Shown: positions 38,454 through 52,400 of the stretch, one piece after another
How the letters are laid out: every line of letters starts with the position of its first letter
How positions within the stretch are numbered: the stretch's first letter is position 1
NCBI RefSeq assembly: GCF_006345805.1
Contig: NC_042998.1
Coordinates: 46,934,001 to 46,998,000, forward strand
Reading direction: 5' to 3'
From: Octopus sinensis
Lineage: Eukaryota
Length of the DNA: 64,000 bases
Notes under the pieces: model-generated
Told to the model about the DNA's origin: nothing
Seen by the model: the letters and a program-made list of their open reading frames with translations, nothing else
Databases searched by the model: none
Position numbers and translations under genes: made by a program

Positions 38454-39119
38454 ATTATGTATATATTTAAGATAAACGGTATATATTGTACTATTACATA
38501 TACATGCTTGTGCATGTTTATGAAAATGTATACCCATGTCTGCAATATATTGATGGCATGTAAGCAGAAAGAAGAAAATTGAAAAAGAGTAGTGTGGGAT
38601 GAAAATTAAAAAAACACCAAAAAAGTGTGATTGTGTGTGTGTGGGTGGGTGGGGTTACTGAGTGTGTGCGTATGTGTATGTGTGTGTGTGAGTGCATTTG
38701 ATTAATATGCAAATGGTACGAGAATAAACCGAAGTATCTTTCCGCCTGATATTAGTTTAAGTAAACCGACTGATTTGTAATATGCTCTGTGATATTGTTT
38801 CCCTTTATAGTAAATTCACTTCCAGCAAAATCTTTCTACACTGCAACAACTTCCTGTATTGAATGAATCAATGAGAACTCTATAGTCACTTCCTAACAGC
38901 GACTTGCATAGTATATCTTAATCGTAGGACTAAAAGTGGTGGTGTTGGTAGTGGTAATATGGTAGTCATAGAAGTGGTACAGGAGGAGCACGGGAATATG
39001 GTCGTGGTAGTGGAACTAATGATGACAGACAGGCAGAGAGGTATTCCTGTAAAGACATAGAACTCAACAACGCACAGTTTCAATGAAAACTGGAAATCAC
39101 CACTCAATACCCATGAGGT

Positions 39120-39722
39120 GGAATTGGTGAGCTGGCAGAAACATTAGCACGACGGGTGAAATGCTTGGCGGTATTTCGTCTGCCGTTACGTTGTGAGTTC
39201 AAATTCCGCCGAGGTCTACTTTGCCTTTCATCCTTTCGGGGTCGATAAATTAAGTACCAGTTACGCACTGGGGTCGATATAATCGACTTAATACCTATGT
39301 CTGTCCTTGTTTGCCCCCTCTGTGTTTAGCCCTTTGTGGGTAATAAAGAAATAGGTATTTCGTCTGTCGTTACGTTGTGAGTTCAAATTCCGCCGCGGTC
39401 GACTTTGCTTTTCATCCTTTCGGGGTCGATTAAATAAGCACCAGTTTCGCACTGGGGTCGATATAATCGACTTAATCCGTTTGTCTTTCCTTGTTTGTCC
39501 CTTCTGTGTTTAGTCCCTTGTGGGTAGTAAAAAAATAGGTATTTCGTCTGTTGTTACGTTCTGAGTTCAAATTCCGCCGAGGTCGACTTCACCTTTCATT
39601 CTATCGGGGGTCGATAAAATAAGTACCTGTTACATACTGGGGTCGATGCAATCGACTTAATCCATTTGTTTGTCCTTGTTTGTCCTCTCTATGATTAGCC
39701 CTTTGTGGGCAATAAAGAAATA
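39120..39722 (+). mobile_element. SINE family A trimer: head plus three 184-bp units
   Basis: Units start at 39171, 39355 and 39539, each with gtatttcgtc. Confidence 0.9.
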
Positions 39723-40039
39723 CATATTTATCTACGATTTTCTAATACATGTCACTACATTTCTCTTAGCCCATTTTCGGTTAAATTAATCAAATTACCT
39801 AAGCCATAACTCTTTTCTACGCTGTTTTGCATAAATCTAACTCCATTTACTGTGCTTATCAAAGCAGTTGAGCCAATAATAGGTATCCACAATTGTTCTC
39901 TTATTTCCAGTCGGTAAGCTTGTCCTATTTTTTGTCTTCTTTACGGCCTATCAGTTTTGGAGAAACTCCAGGATATTGAGTTTATCTCCCTTTCTGAAGG
40001 GGAGTTGGTTATATTTGGCAATAATGATACATCAGGTGG

Positions 40040-40820
40040 CATAGAAGATTTTAATATATCAGTCTCAAATTTTAGTATAAGGCCAGCAATTTCGGGTGGA
40101 GAAGGGAGTTGATTAGGTCGCCCCACCCCCACCGTGCTCAACTGGTACTTATTTTAACGGACCCCAAAAATGATAAAGGCAAAGTCGACGAATTACAGCT
40201 GAGCATTTTTCTCGGCGTGTTAACGGTTCTGCCACTCGTCGCTCTTGATGATTTTAATATATCCTTGAAATTTTGGACCCCCGATAGAATGAAAGGTAAA
40301 GTCGACCTCGGCGGAATTTGAACTCAGAACGTAACAACAGACGAAATACCTATTTTTTTACTACCCACAAGGGACTAAACACAGAAGGGACAAACAAGGA
40401 AAGACAAACGGATTAAGTCGATTATATCGTCTACAGCAACTTCAGTACATAGCTGGTACTTATTTCATCGACAACGAAATGATGAAAGGTAAAGTTGACC
40501 TCAGCGGATTTTGAATTTAGAACGCAAAGGCAGACGAAATATTGCTTAACATTTTGGACTGGTGTGCTAACGATTCTGCCAGCTTACCGCCTTGATAATT
40601 TTAATATATCGGATTCAAATTTTGGCGCAAGGCCAGCAAGTTCTGGGGAGAGGGAAGTCGATAACATCGACTCATTACTCAACTGGTAATTATTTTATCG
40701 ACTACAAAAGAAAAAAAAAGGAGTCCACCTTTGAGGACTTTGAACTCAGAACATACAGACGGACGAAATGCCCGTAAGCGTTTTGCTCGGCGTGCTTATG
40801 ATTCTGCTAGGTCGCCGCTT
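40040..40820 (-). mobile_element. Cluster of SINE family A fragments, including a multimer junction at 40349/40350
   Basis: Four to five partial cores. Confidence 0.75.
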
Positions 40821-40964
40821 TCAATTACTTTATTCTATCAAGACTTTTGTTGTAAGTTCTTAAACATGCCTGTACTTGTCTATATTAATAAAATGTATGC
40901 CACCAGCCATTTCTCATGATTTCGCTTAGCTCAATTTTGTTTAAGGTATACTATTTCTTCCTGC

Positions 40965-41169
40965 TTTACTTTTTTTTTACTCTTTTACTTGTTTCAGTTG
41001 TATGACTGTGGCCATGCTGGAGCAAACGGACCCCAGGACTTATTCTTTGTAAGCCTAGTACTTATTTTATCGGGCTCTTTTGTCGAACCGCTAAGTTACG
41101 GGGACGTAAACACACCAGCATCGGTTGTCAAGCGATGTTGGGGGTATAAACACAGACACAAACACACAC

Positions 41170-41254
<85 letters not shown>

Positions 41255-41405
41255 TACATATATACGAAGGACTCCTTTCAGTTTCCGTCTACAAAATCCA
41301 CTCACAAGGCTTTGGTCGGCCTGAGGCTATAGTAAAAGACACTTGTCCAAAGTGCCACATAGTGGGACTAAATCCGAAACCATGTGGTTCGTAAGCAAGC
41401 TACTT
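40965..41405 (-). mobile_element. SINE family B
   Basis: Family B consensus. Confidence 0.85.
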
Positions 41406-41429
41406 ACTTTGTTATTATAATGATACTTA

Positions 41430-42060
41430 AGGCGGCGAGCTGGCCGAACCGTCATCACGTTGGGCCAAATGCTTAGCGGCATTTCGATCGTCTTCACGTT
41501 CTGAGTTGAAATTCCGCCGAGATCAACTTTGCCTTTCATCCTTCTGGAGTCGACAAAATAAGTGCCAGTCGAGCACTGAGGGCCGACATGATCGATTTAT
41601 CGTCTCCCCCAAATTGCTAGCATTGTGCCAAAATTTGAAATCCTCATTATATTGATTGTTTAAAGCGGTGAGCTGGTAGAATCGTTAGCACGGCGGGCAA
41701 AATGCTTAACGGTATTTCGTCTGCGTTACGTTGTGAGTTCAAATTCCGCCGAGGTCGACTTTGCCTTTCATCCTTTCGGGGTCGATTAAATAAGTACCAG
41801 TTACGCACTGGGGTCGATATAATAAACTTAATCCGTTTGTCTGTCCTTGTTTGTCCTCTCTGTGATTAGCCTGTTGTGGGTAGTAAAAAAATAGGTATTT
41901 CGTCTGTCTTTTCCTGAGTTCAAATTCCGCCAAGGTCGTGTTTACTTTTCTTTCTTTCGGAGTCGATAAATTAAGTACCAGCTGATTACTGGGGTCGATG
42001 TAATCGACATACTTGCTTCCCCAAAATTTCAGGCCTTGAGATTTTGGTAGAAAAGATTAT
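41430..42060 (+). mobile_element. SINE family A monomer (41430-41640) and dimer (41664-42060, junction 41894/41895)
   Basis: Family A consensus. Confidence 0.85.
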
Positions 42061-42547
42061 TTTAATGATTCTTTTTTTTATCAATACTTTTGCTGCCTGA
42101 ATCTCGCAGGGAGATCTTTCTTTTGTTCTTTCTGCTTTTTGTATTTCGAAGTAAATTTGACTTTGAAATGTAGCAGATTGTGCGATGACATATAACTTCC
42201 TACGTTAGCTCATATATGTGTATATGTGTGTATGTATGTGCGTGCACATGTGTGTGTGTGTGTGTGTATGTGGGGGGGGGTCTTTGTGAGAGAGTTTATT
42301 GTGTCTGTGTTATGAAGTAAGGATAAACATGTATGAGCGTTGGCGCTTTAGTTGACTTAGATGTATGAATAATCACATGCACAGACACACGTATACACAC
42401 GCGCACACACGCGTACACATACACACACATATATATACATATATGCATATATATACATATATGCACGTATATATATATATATATTAATATATATATATAT
42501 GAATGTATATATATGAATGTATATACATATATATGAATGTATATATA

Positions 42548-42591
<44 letters not shown>

Positions 42592-42657
42592 TCATATATA
42601 TGTATATCTGCATATTGGAAGAAAGCTATCTTCGTTTCGTCACTGATTAAAGGTCTC

Positions 42658-42699
<42 letters not shown>

Positions 42700-43229
42700 T
42701 TATCTGTATGTATGTATGTATGTGTGTGCGCACGCATGTGTAAGTGCATATACGTGTGTATATTTGCATGTACACACGCGCGCGCACACACGCACACACA
42801 CACACTCTCACACACACACACACGCTCACACACACACACACACTCACACACACTCACACACACATTTGTATATAGCTGAAACATTTGTCTAACGGTATAT
42901 AATCTCTTTGCGTATATGTCTATACAGACCTGTCCTTTTAGTCTGTGTGTGCACGTATGTATAGAATGTGTATGTACGTATTCATATGAGTGTGTATATA
43001 TGTGTGTGTATGAAATTTAGTAAGCAAATGCGTATATAGGTATGTATGTCTATAGCGTGCCTGTTTGTATTTTGACGATGTAAGTCTACGTGCCAAATTT
43101 AATAGAATGAAAATTTGTTGTCGATGATAGACAAACATAGAGAGCTTATTGTATCGTCTGAACAGATGATCCTGAGGCACATCGAAGTGTAGAGATAAAG
43201 AGATGGATGAGAAGGAAGGGAGTATGAGG

Positions 43230-43534
43230 GAGAGTGAAGAGTAGCAATATGAATGGAGAGGGAAGAGAAAGAGGAGGAGGACGGAGAGGCAGGGACGTGA
43301 ATTGGAAGAAGAGAAGAGAAGAAGAAGAAGAAGAAGAAGAAGAAGAAGAAGAAGAAGAAGAAGAAGAAGAAGAAAGAGGAGAAGAAGAAGAAGAAGAAGA
43401 AGAAGAAGAAGAAGAAGAAGAAGAAGAAGAAGAAGAAGGGATGAATAACGAAATAGAAGGCGGATAAAGAGACGAAAGTGAACGTAGCGAAGATATTCGT
43501 ATGTTGAAGATGAGTGAAAATGAGGGAAGTAGGA

Positions 43535-43579
<45 letters not shown>

Positions 43580-43625
43580 TGATTAGGAGAGAGAGATAGG
43601 GAGGAGGGATGAGGGAGGGAGGAGG

Positions 43626-43662
<37 letters not shown>

Positions 43663-43670
43663 GACAGACA
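43230..43670. repeat. Polypurine block with (GAA)n and (GA)n tracts
   Basis: Explains the poly-E ORF. Confidence 0.9.
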
Positions 43671-44074
43671 GACAGATACGGAGGTGGTTGACGGAAGTTG
43701 TGGAAATGCAAAACTGTTAGGGAAGAGGAAATGAGCGACGAAAAGTATGAAGCGGAAATAAAAGAGACGTTAAAGGGGAATAGGAAGGAAATGGGGGTGA
43801 CGTGAATATATTGCATGAAGGAAAATGATCTTGTTTAACCCCGAGTCAGTCCTGGTCGAGCGTTTCTATAGACAAAGGTGTCTTTTTGGTGATGGCCTTA
43901 GACTTTATTCGTCCAAAGAGGTTTTAACCCAATATTTTCATGCAATTATTTATTTCTAGCTTTATTTGTTTCGAGATTCAATGTTCTTAAAAAGAGTTAT
44001 TTCATGTTCTCGAAATTTCTAAATTCGTATGAGTACACCATGTTAACTGTCTTCTTTTTTTTGAAAAAAAAACA

Positions 44075-44310
44075 TAGGCGCAGGTGTGGCTGTGTAGTAA
44101 GAATGTTGCTTCCCAACCACATGGTACCGAGATCAGCCCCATTGCGTGGAACCTTGAGCAACTGTCTTCTACTACAGCCTTGACTTCTTTCATTTGTGTG
44201 ACATGTCTCATGCAGCCGGCTTCTCGAAAATGGTTGCTCACACGTAGTTTCCAGTTTAGTCCCACGAATACCTTATGAGTGAATTGGCATATGGAAACTG
44301 TGTGGAAGCA
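44075..44310 (+). mobile_element. SINE family B 5' part
   Basis: ggcgcaggtgtggctgtgtagtaag head. Confidence 0.7.
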
Positions 44311-44313
44311 CAT

Positions 44314-44362
<49 letters not shown>

Positions 44363-44452
44363 AGGGAAAGTTACGAAAAAACAAAGACGAAGGCAGGTGG
44401 AGTTAAGCAAACAAATGTATTAGTATAGCGCTCAGGATAGAAATAGAAAAAG

Positions 44453-44490
44453 TCTTTTACGTTTCGAGCCTACGCTCTTCGACAGAAAGA
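44453..44490 (-). ncRNA. PLE-type hammerhead with a single A6U change, within pLTR fragment 44360-44600
   Basis: ucuuu-CUGUCGA-A-GAG-cguagg-CUC-GAAAC-GUA-aaaga; 5-bp stem I perfect. Confidence 0.6.
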
Positions 44491-45324
44491 TACACAGAAA
44501 AAACAAGGAGAGAAAAAAATGCGTGTAGGAGCTAGCGATCTACCATGGCGTCCTGACTTCGGACAGTGGTCAGACGTGAGAGGGACAGTAGGGGAGATAA
44601 CAGGGTCAAACTGTATAATAATATATCATAATATATATTCTCCGATGTGAAAAGGCCGATAGAATAAGTATAAGACTTTAAGAAACATAAGTACTGGGGG
44701 CAATATTTTCGATTGACGTCCTTTAAAGCGGTGCCTCAGCATTGGGCTGAAACAAGTAAAAAAAAAAAGCTAATATATTTTGTAAACTGAATCAGATAAA
44801 CAATATGTTCTCTCCAATACAAAACTGGGGTCTTGTGAGAGATCATTAAAACCATTACATATAAATTTCATTTCTTTATGGTACGCTCAGTTCTTAGATC
44901 GAACCATACCGGAACACCATCATATTTGTTGTATATGGTTTCTTTTTCTTTTTTAAAAAAACTTAATTTGAATATAATATTTTTCAGTTTGTAATCAGTA
45001 AATTACCGGAGATTTGTTTTAACCTTTTCCTTGCAAAATTAAATTTCATGTTTATTCCAGCAATTGTGTTAAATATCTACCAAAAAAATAAAAGAAAAAA
45101 ACAGGATTGGTATCTTCTCTAAGTCATGTGCACTTAGTAAACTTGACATATCTCAAAATTATTTCAGATATGATATTCCTCAACAAAAGATAAGTTGTTA
45201 TATAAAAATTCACTTCCCATAGTAAAAGGGTTAAGCAGATTTTAATCTACCGAAGATGATGTACAACGACGTGCAGAAAAAAATACGAAGGAATTTCCTG
45301 CCGAAGATGTATAGTTTTAAGCTC

Positions 45325-45755
45325 AGTCTCAATACTCTTTACTCTTTACTCTTTTACTTGTTTCAGTCATTTGACTGCGGCCATGCTGGAGCACCGCCTT
45401 TGATCGAGCAACTCGACCCTGGGACTTATTCTTTTGTATGCCCAGTACTTATTCTATCGGTCTCTTTTGCCGAACCGCTAAGTAACGGGGACGTAAACAC
45501 ACTAGCATCGGTTGTCAAGCAACGCTGGGGGAACAAACACAGACACACAAACATACACGCACACACATATATATATATATACATATATACGAGGGTCTTC
45601 TTTCAGTTTCCGTCTACCAAATCCACTCACAAGGCAATGGTCGACCCGGGGCTATACAGAAGACACTTGCCCAAGGTGCCACGCAGTGGGACTGAACCCG
45701 GAACCATGTGGTTGGTTAGCAAGCTACCTACCACACAGCCACTCCTGCGCCTATG
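45325..45755 (-). mobile_element. SINE family B, full length
   Basis: Head to tail matches the consensus. Confidence 0.9.
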
Positions 45756-45784
45756 TGCAGCACCTCAGACAAAGATAAAAGTAA

Positions 45785-46020
45785 AGTTACCTTCTCGTAT
45801 CATGTTGACTTGTAAAGGCCGGCTTCATGACGTTTAAATTCCCCACCTGGACAGGATGCCGATCCGTCGCAAGATTACTCATTTTTGCCGGCTGAGTGGA
45901 CTGGAGTAACGTAAATGAAGTGCTTTGCTCAAGAACACAATGCATGGCTCGGTCCAGGAACTGAACCCATAATCTTACGATCATGAGTCCAACATTCTAA
46001 CTACTAAGCCACGCGCATCT
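45785..46020 (-). mobile_element. CORE-SINE family D
   Basis: tRNA-like head plus tgtgttcttgagcaaagcactt..actccagtccactcagc CORE domain. Confidence 0.7.
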
Positions 46021-48154
46021 TCTACCTCAGGCAAGTGCCTTCTATTGAAGCCTAGGCTGGTCCAATGCCTCATGACTAGCATTGAGTACAAGTAAACTGT
46101 CGACAACTGGTTCTTATGTGATAAACTCAAACTGTTATTTGATTTAACACCACCACCTGGCCTTTGGTTACCTTTAGCGAAATCCACACTGTTGCATACA
46201 TTCAGGCAAGGTGGATGGTTTATGGATAATCTCTTCTGCTCTGCAATCAGTTATGGAAACTATGAAAATTGTCATGGAAACTACTCTCCCGCCTCTTATT
46301 AACCCATTGAAAAAATGGTAATCACATTCTCTAACCACTATAGTAGAAAACAATATTACTACACTACAGTATACATTGTCGTATCACTTGCTTCTAGAGT
46401 TCAAATCTCAGCAGGATCGATGATTTATCGGAGTTGTTATTTTACATAATCTCAGACCCAGGTCAGCTCTAACCGAGTAGATTTATGATCAAGGGCATTC
46501 AGCTTTTACCATCGCATATACATAGCTGTGTGGTTCTTAGCTCTCTTTACAACTACATGGTTTCGGGTTCAATTTCATTGCGCAGGTCGAATACTAACTA
46601 GGTATTCACTCTGATTATACTAGATAATGTAAGCATTGATACATTTAAAATAAGAATGCCATGGCTGGAACGCAATGATCAAAGATCTACTTGGCCAGAG
46701 TTCTCCAAATTTGGGAACTTCTTACATGATCGACCTACTAGAAATGGAGGCCCAATTTTTCTTAAATCACACCCTATCATATTATAGAAAGGTGGTATGG
46801 TCACGACTGGAATTGTCATCAATTAGGTCTATTCAATCATGACTGATCTGGGACTACACACAGTTCAAATTCTGTTTTATGATGCGCTTATGGAATACTG
46901 GATATTAGCTGAGATTACAAAACAAGTTAGATGATATGTGAAATTATTCTGAAAGCGCTTTCATCGTCGATTCCTTCTATCTGCTCATACAGGCTCCCAA
47001 TCCACTCTAACAGTGTTTAGGGACGCATTGGTTATGGCGCGGGATTCTGATTTCTTTTGAAGACAGGGTCACGTTTCTTGACTTTCGCCAGCAGAAGACA
47101 TATACATTTGTCACACGTGGGAGTTCACAACGTTTGTACCAATGTGTTTGGATATTATAAATACGTCTGCGTATATGTATGTGTATGTATATACATACGA
47201 ATGTGTATATATCACCATATACATACGTGTGTACATATATGTATATGAATATATGTCTGCATGGCAATAGTGACGCAGTCACTTTCTTTTTTGCTTTCTT
47301 TCTCTCTTTCATTCTTATTCTCTGTTAATATGTGTACATTTACCTATCTGTGGATGACGATGTGTGTGTGTGAGTGTGAATATAGAAAAATAGATAACAT
47401 GCGTACACATATACTGTAATGCATTAAGAATATAATAAAATGAAATTAAATTCGTACACATTCATTTACAAACTACTGCAAATAAGAATTAACACCTATT
47501 TTAGAAATATTAGCTTCATCCTCGATAAAAGTTTATATGCTATGGTCAATAGAATCATTATATTTGATGAATATGTTCGGGAGAGTTGTAAAAATTTACT
47601 AAACTAAACTTAAATTTCAAAGCGAATACAATGATTATACAAAATGAATATGTATGGGGAAAATGAGAAAATTTACAACCTCACTTCATTTTGCTGCTTA
47701 CTTTCATAAAGTTTGCTTGAAAATCTTATGGTGTTTTCTCACACTTTGGTGTTCATTTTTATATTTTATATTTACATACATTATACCCTTATTACTATCT
47801 GTTATACTCATTGTTGAGTTGGTTTGTAATCAAAGCTGCCATAGCATCGCATCCATGAAAGTATTTACACTATTACGCACATATAAGTATTGTACCCAAC
47901 TAATGCTGTCTGTCTATTTTCCATGACTTAATATTTACGTGGGAGTAGAAAACAGGAAAAGAAATTGGAAGATTTTTATAGCTTCCAAGGGAATACTAGC
48001 AACGCACTTGAAGTGAAATCTCCACTGGATATTGAAAGCTGGTTACTAACTCAGATTTGCCCAGATATTACCACTAGCTTAGAATATTTTCTATTCTTAA
48101 AACATACTGGTGTATCGCTTAAGAACTGTGCTAACAACACTATGAGTAATACTG

Positions 48155-48548
48155 GTTTCAAATTTTAGCACAAGGCCAGCAATTTTGGAGCAAGGCATAA
48201 GTCGATTAACTCGATTTGTCTTCAGTTGGTACTTATTTTATGGATCCCAAAAGGAAGAAGGGTAAAACCGACCTCGGTGGAATTTGATTTCCGAAAGTAA
48301 AGGCGGACGAAATACCTATTTCTTTATTACCCACAAGGGGCTAAACATAGAGTGGACAAGCAAGGACAGACATAGGTATTAAGTCGATTACATCGACCCC
48401 AGTGCGTAACTGGTACTTAATTTATCGACCCCGAAAGGATGAAAGGCAAAGTCGACCTCGGCGGAATTTGAACTCAGAACGTAACGGCAGACGAAATACC
48501 GCTAAGCATTTTGGCCGACGCGGTAACGTTTCTGCCAACTTGCCGCTT
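48155..48548 (-). mobile_element. SINE family A dimer (junction 48315/48316)
   Basis: head-core-tail2 / core-tail1. Confidence 0.85.
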
Positions 48549-49199
48549 TAAATACTATTAATAATATTGGATAATTTATGTTGTGTGCAATGTTACTTGT
48601 CGTTAAATGCGTTAAATAGGGTCGTGTAAGTTTGAAAATACCAATACCTACATTAATTTAGTAGAAATGTTGCGATATAACTGGAAAAGTAAAAAGAATA
48701 AACTCAAGTCGGGAGTCATAATTAAGTTGCCAGACACAACTAGTTATATTGAACGATATCCGACATCTTTAATAGGAAATATTAACCAACTTCCAGTCAC
48801 AAACAAGATGTTATCAATAAACATATCACTTTACTTATCATGTTGGGTAGAGCTTTTCTTTAAAATGTTATAGTTTGTTGTAGTTTAGGATAAATTTATC
48901 GCAGATTGCTTCTCCCATGTAAACAACGATAGCGGATTTAAAACAAAAGCCAAAACTTAAACAAAACTTAAACAAAAGTCAGCATTCACTTTATCATTGA
49001 TAAAAAAAAATATATATTTCGTTGGTAAATAAAAGTTCATTTCCTATGTATCAGGTAACTCTGTGCGACAACACGGAAGTCAAAACTTAGACTATGCAAT
49101 CCGGTAGTGGTTGTTGTTTGTTGGTGAATAAGAAACATGAAAGGTAAAGAGATCACAACATATCCTGTTTTAAAGAAATGATTTTTTGTTTTGTTTTGT

Positions 49200-49440
49200 T
49201 AAGAGAGTCAGAAACCAACGTGGCATTGGCGTTGCGAGCTCTGCAAAACGAATGCAATTGTGGCAGAATATTCAGCCATCAGCCGGTGTCGCGATTTGCT
49301 GGAATGTTACCCAGCAATATTTGACCTATCACGACTTCACGGGAAATTGGCTCCAGCGATAATTTCAACTTTTGGTGGGCTACTTTCTGAGCCCCTCAAT
49401 CAGTATAAAAATTGACACATCGCGAACGCCAGAGATAGAT

Positions 49441-49536
<96 letters not shown>

Positions 49537-49620
49537 GCCTTCGATATGTAGCAGACAGACAATGGCCACGACACTGAAGACGGACGGCGAACAGATGGGA
49601 GCAGTGGCTGAACCGTGCTG
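49200..49620 (+). promoter_or_regulatory. Candidate core promoter or enhancer in unique CpG-richer DNA
   Basis: Reverse CCAAT (attgg) near 49347, tataaaa at 49404, then a long (GA)n tract; no transcript evidence. Confidence 0.25.
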
Positions 49621-50507
49621 ATCAACTTAATGAACTATGGGACACAAATACAACAACTATCAGTTAACTTTGTGAATACAATCACTCAGCTACAGAAACC
49701 GAACAGCACTTGTAATAATTATAACGATTCTTAGTCAATTACAATAAGAACAGCTGTGCTTCTACACCGGCCAGTTTCGTAATAATAACAATATTTGTCT
49801 CTTGCTTGTGTACGAAATGAATAAATGTTTGTTGCAAAAAAACCACAACAGATTTCGTCGTCCCTTTCTGTCCTCCGCCGCTAGAAATAACAGTTCACAT
49901 CTCAAGCAGCTAGCGTTTCAGCAACCAGCCCCAGCCACACAACATTGACATTGAAATTACACAAAAACTGGTGATATAGGATGTTAGACGTTTGTGGTAA
50001 AAACCTTCGCCAGAGAAAATATTAAAGGGAATAACTTTTTTATGGTGTGTTTGTGTGTGGGTCAGTGAAAGAATTGAATTCAGTCCATTTTATGGCAGGT
50101 GGAACAAAGTAGGGTCAGGAGGTGTGTCAGGTGACCTCGAGTAGGCTTGGTTTGAGCTAGATTGCAGATCTCTCTCGCTCTATCCCTCTCTATTTTTTTT
50201 ATCTATCTATGGGTCTGCTTGTCTCTTTCTATTTATATAAATCTGTTCCTCTCGGTGTAACAAGTGCACACATGCGCACAAACATTCTATACAACTAATA
50301 AGCTATGAACTGTGAACTAAAAGGCCTATTGGGAGGTCACTCATTTACATGAAATATTTTCTTCAGACATTATTCAACTGCTTTCTTTTAAAAAATGCTT
50401 CCATTTTATGCAATAAATAATGAGATTGATAAGATTGACACCTCTTATTTAGAAGCTTCAACAAAAAGCAAAATAGCTGCTTCTATTAACGAATATTAAG
50501 AATTTTA

Positions 50508-50680
50508 AAGGCGGTGAGCTGGTTGAGCCGTTTACACACTAGGCGAAATGTTTTAGCGGCATTTCGTCCGTCTTTCATCGTTTAAAGGTCAATAGAGTAA
50601 GTACCAGTTGACTACGTTGGTCAATGTTGTTGATTTACCCACTACCCCGAAATTGTTGGCCTTGTGCTAAAATTTGTAAT
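50508..50680 (+). mobile_element. Degenerate SINE family A
   Basis: ggcggtgagctgg head, core partly deleted. Confidence 0.65.
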
Positions 50681-51486
50681 CAATATTAAGTATTTTACAG
50701 TTGAAGAGGAGAAAATAATTAAATATATAAAATGAATATGATTATAGTTGTTGTAAAGAGGTCTTTTGACACAGTTGTATCTGTCTTTTGACGACGGTTG
50801 TCGCTCTGACATATATTGTTATATTCCGAAGTTGTCGATAGAATGTACCATCTGGCACTGCATGACCCCTAGTCGTACAGTCAAAGGGTTGGAGCGTTAT
50901 AACGTCCACTCAGTATCACAGTCTAATTATTATATCAGCACAGACACGACTTTCAACACAGTCTACATGTACTTCTCGACCGGCTACTGGTGTATTTATA
51001 ATGGCTGGTTACTACCACTTTTTACCGGGAAGGGTGTACAGTTTCACTATACAACAAATTTAATTTATTTAACGAGCTAGATAAAGAAAATGAATTGACT
51101 CTACCCAGATTATTTATCTCCCTTGCAAATATATGATAGATTGTCTGAGAAAAAATAATTCAGGTATTGTTGGAATTCCTGGAATCTTGCAAGAGTAGCT
51201 GCCAGTATCCTACGGTACCATGCTTTTGTTCTCTTCAAATATCTAGTACCTTCTAATAATTCAGGCCGTTTCAAGGAAGTAAACTGTTTGTAACAACTCT
51301 ACTATATTCTCTGTTCTTCCTTTTCTTTACGTCACTCGTTATATCTTTTGACAGTTCCTTCGAGATTGGATGGGTTACTGTGATCGATGAAATCGACTAA
51401 GCCCCTGTCCTAAAGTTTCAGACCTTGTGTTGTTGTCCTCCTCCTCCTCCTCCTCGACACCATCATCATCATCATCATCATCATCA

Positions 51487-51522
<36 letters not shown>

Positions 51523-51540
51523 TATTATTATTATTATTTT

Positions 51541-51979
51541 ATGTTTGACTTTGCATTTGTTCAAGTTGGCTCCAAGTCTCATCCAGAGACCTCAAGAGAC
51601 AACAAGCTAGAAGTTCATGTTAGTGTTATGCTTACGGGGTACCATGTATTTAAGAAACCATAAGAAAACTATGTTTGTTTTAAAATTTGAGATTATATAG
51701 ACAGCATTTTACGTAGGATATGGGTAGTTCCCATGAACACTTTTGAATTTCTGCCATTTTTGGGTTTCCTGGTATCTGAGTTAGGTAGCAATCAGCCCCT
51801 TTTTCTATCATTCTCAGCGCACCTATGACAGCAAGTATTGTTTTAGTCTTCAGGTTCCACATTTTGCTGATTTCTATTTCAAGACCTTTATATTTGCTCA
51901 TTTTTTGGTAGGTCTTGACAGATACGTTTATATCGATTGAGACAATCATATCAATGAGGAGGTATGATTTTTGTTTGAA

Positions 51980-51983
<4 letters not shown>
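51541..51983 (-). pseudogene. 5'-truncated R4/Dong LINE (RLE C-terminus plus 3' UTR) embedded in (TAA)n
   Basis: LLIDMIVSIDINVSVKTYQKMSKYKGLEIEISKMWNLKTKTILAVIGALRMI; TAA arrays on both sides. Confidence 0.9.
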
Positions 51984-52057
<74 letters not shown>

Positions 52058-52084
52058 CATCATCATCATCATTATCATTATTTA

Positions 52085-52296
52085 AGTCTGCGATCTGGCA
52101 GAATCGTTAGCACGCTGGACAAAATGTTTTGCAGTATTCCGCTCGTCGCTACATTCTAAGTTCAAATTCCGCTGAGGTCGACTTCATCATTTCGGAGTAG
52201 ATAAATTTAGTCCTAATGAAACACTGGGGTCGATGAAATCGATTTGTCCCCTCCCGCTAAATTTCAGGCCTTGTGCCTTTAGTAGAAAGGATTATT
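52085..52296 (+). mobile_element. SINE family A with (ATT)-to-(ACT)n tail extending to about 52440
   Basis: Family A consensus. Confidence 0.8.
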
Positions 52297-52307
52297 ATTA
52301 TTACCAT

Positions 52308-52368
<61 letters not shown>

Positions 52369-52369
52369 G

Positions 52370-52400
<31 letters not shown>

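Noticed and set aside
39171-39722. Hammerhead or CRISPR-like interpretation of the 184-bp tandem units
   Set aside because: No CUGANGA core positioned with the gacgaaatac motif on either strand; units are whole SINE bodies with no unique spacers and no cas genes
43234-43467. Poly-Glu ORF, and the many IYIY/CVCV/YVCM/LSIY ORFs across the window
   Set aside because: Microsatellite translations
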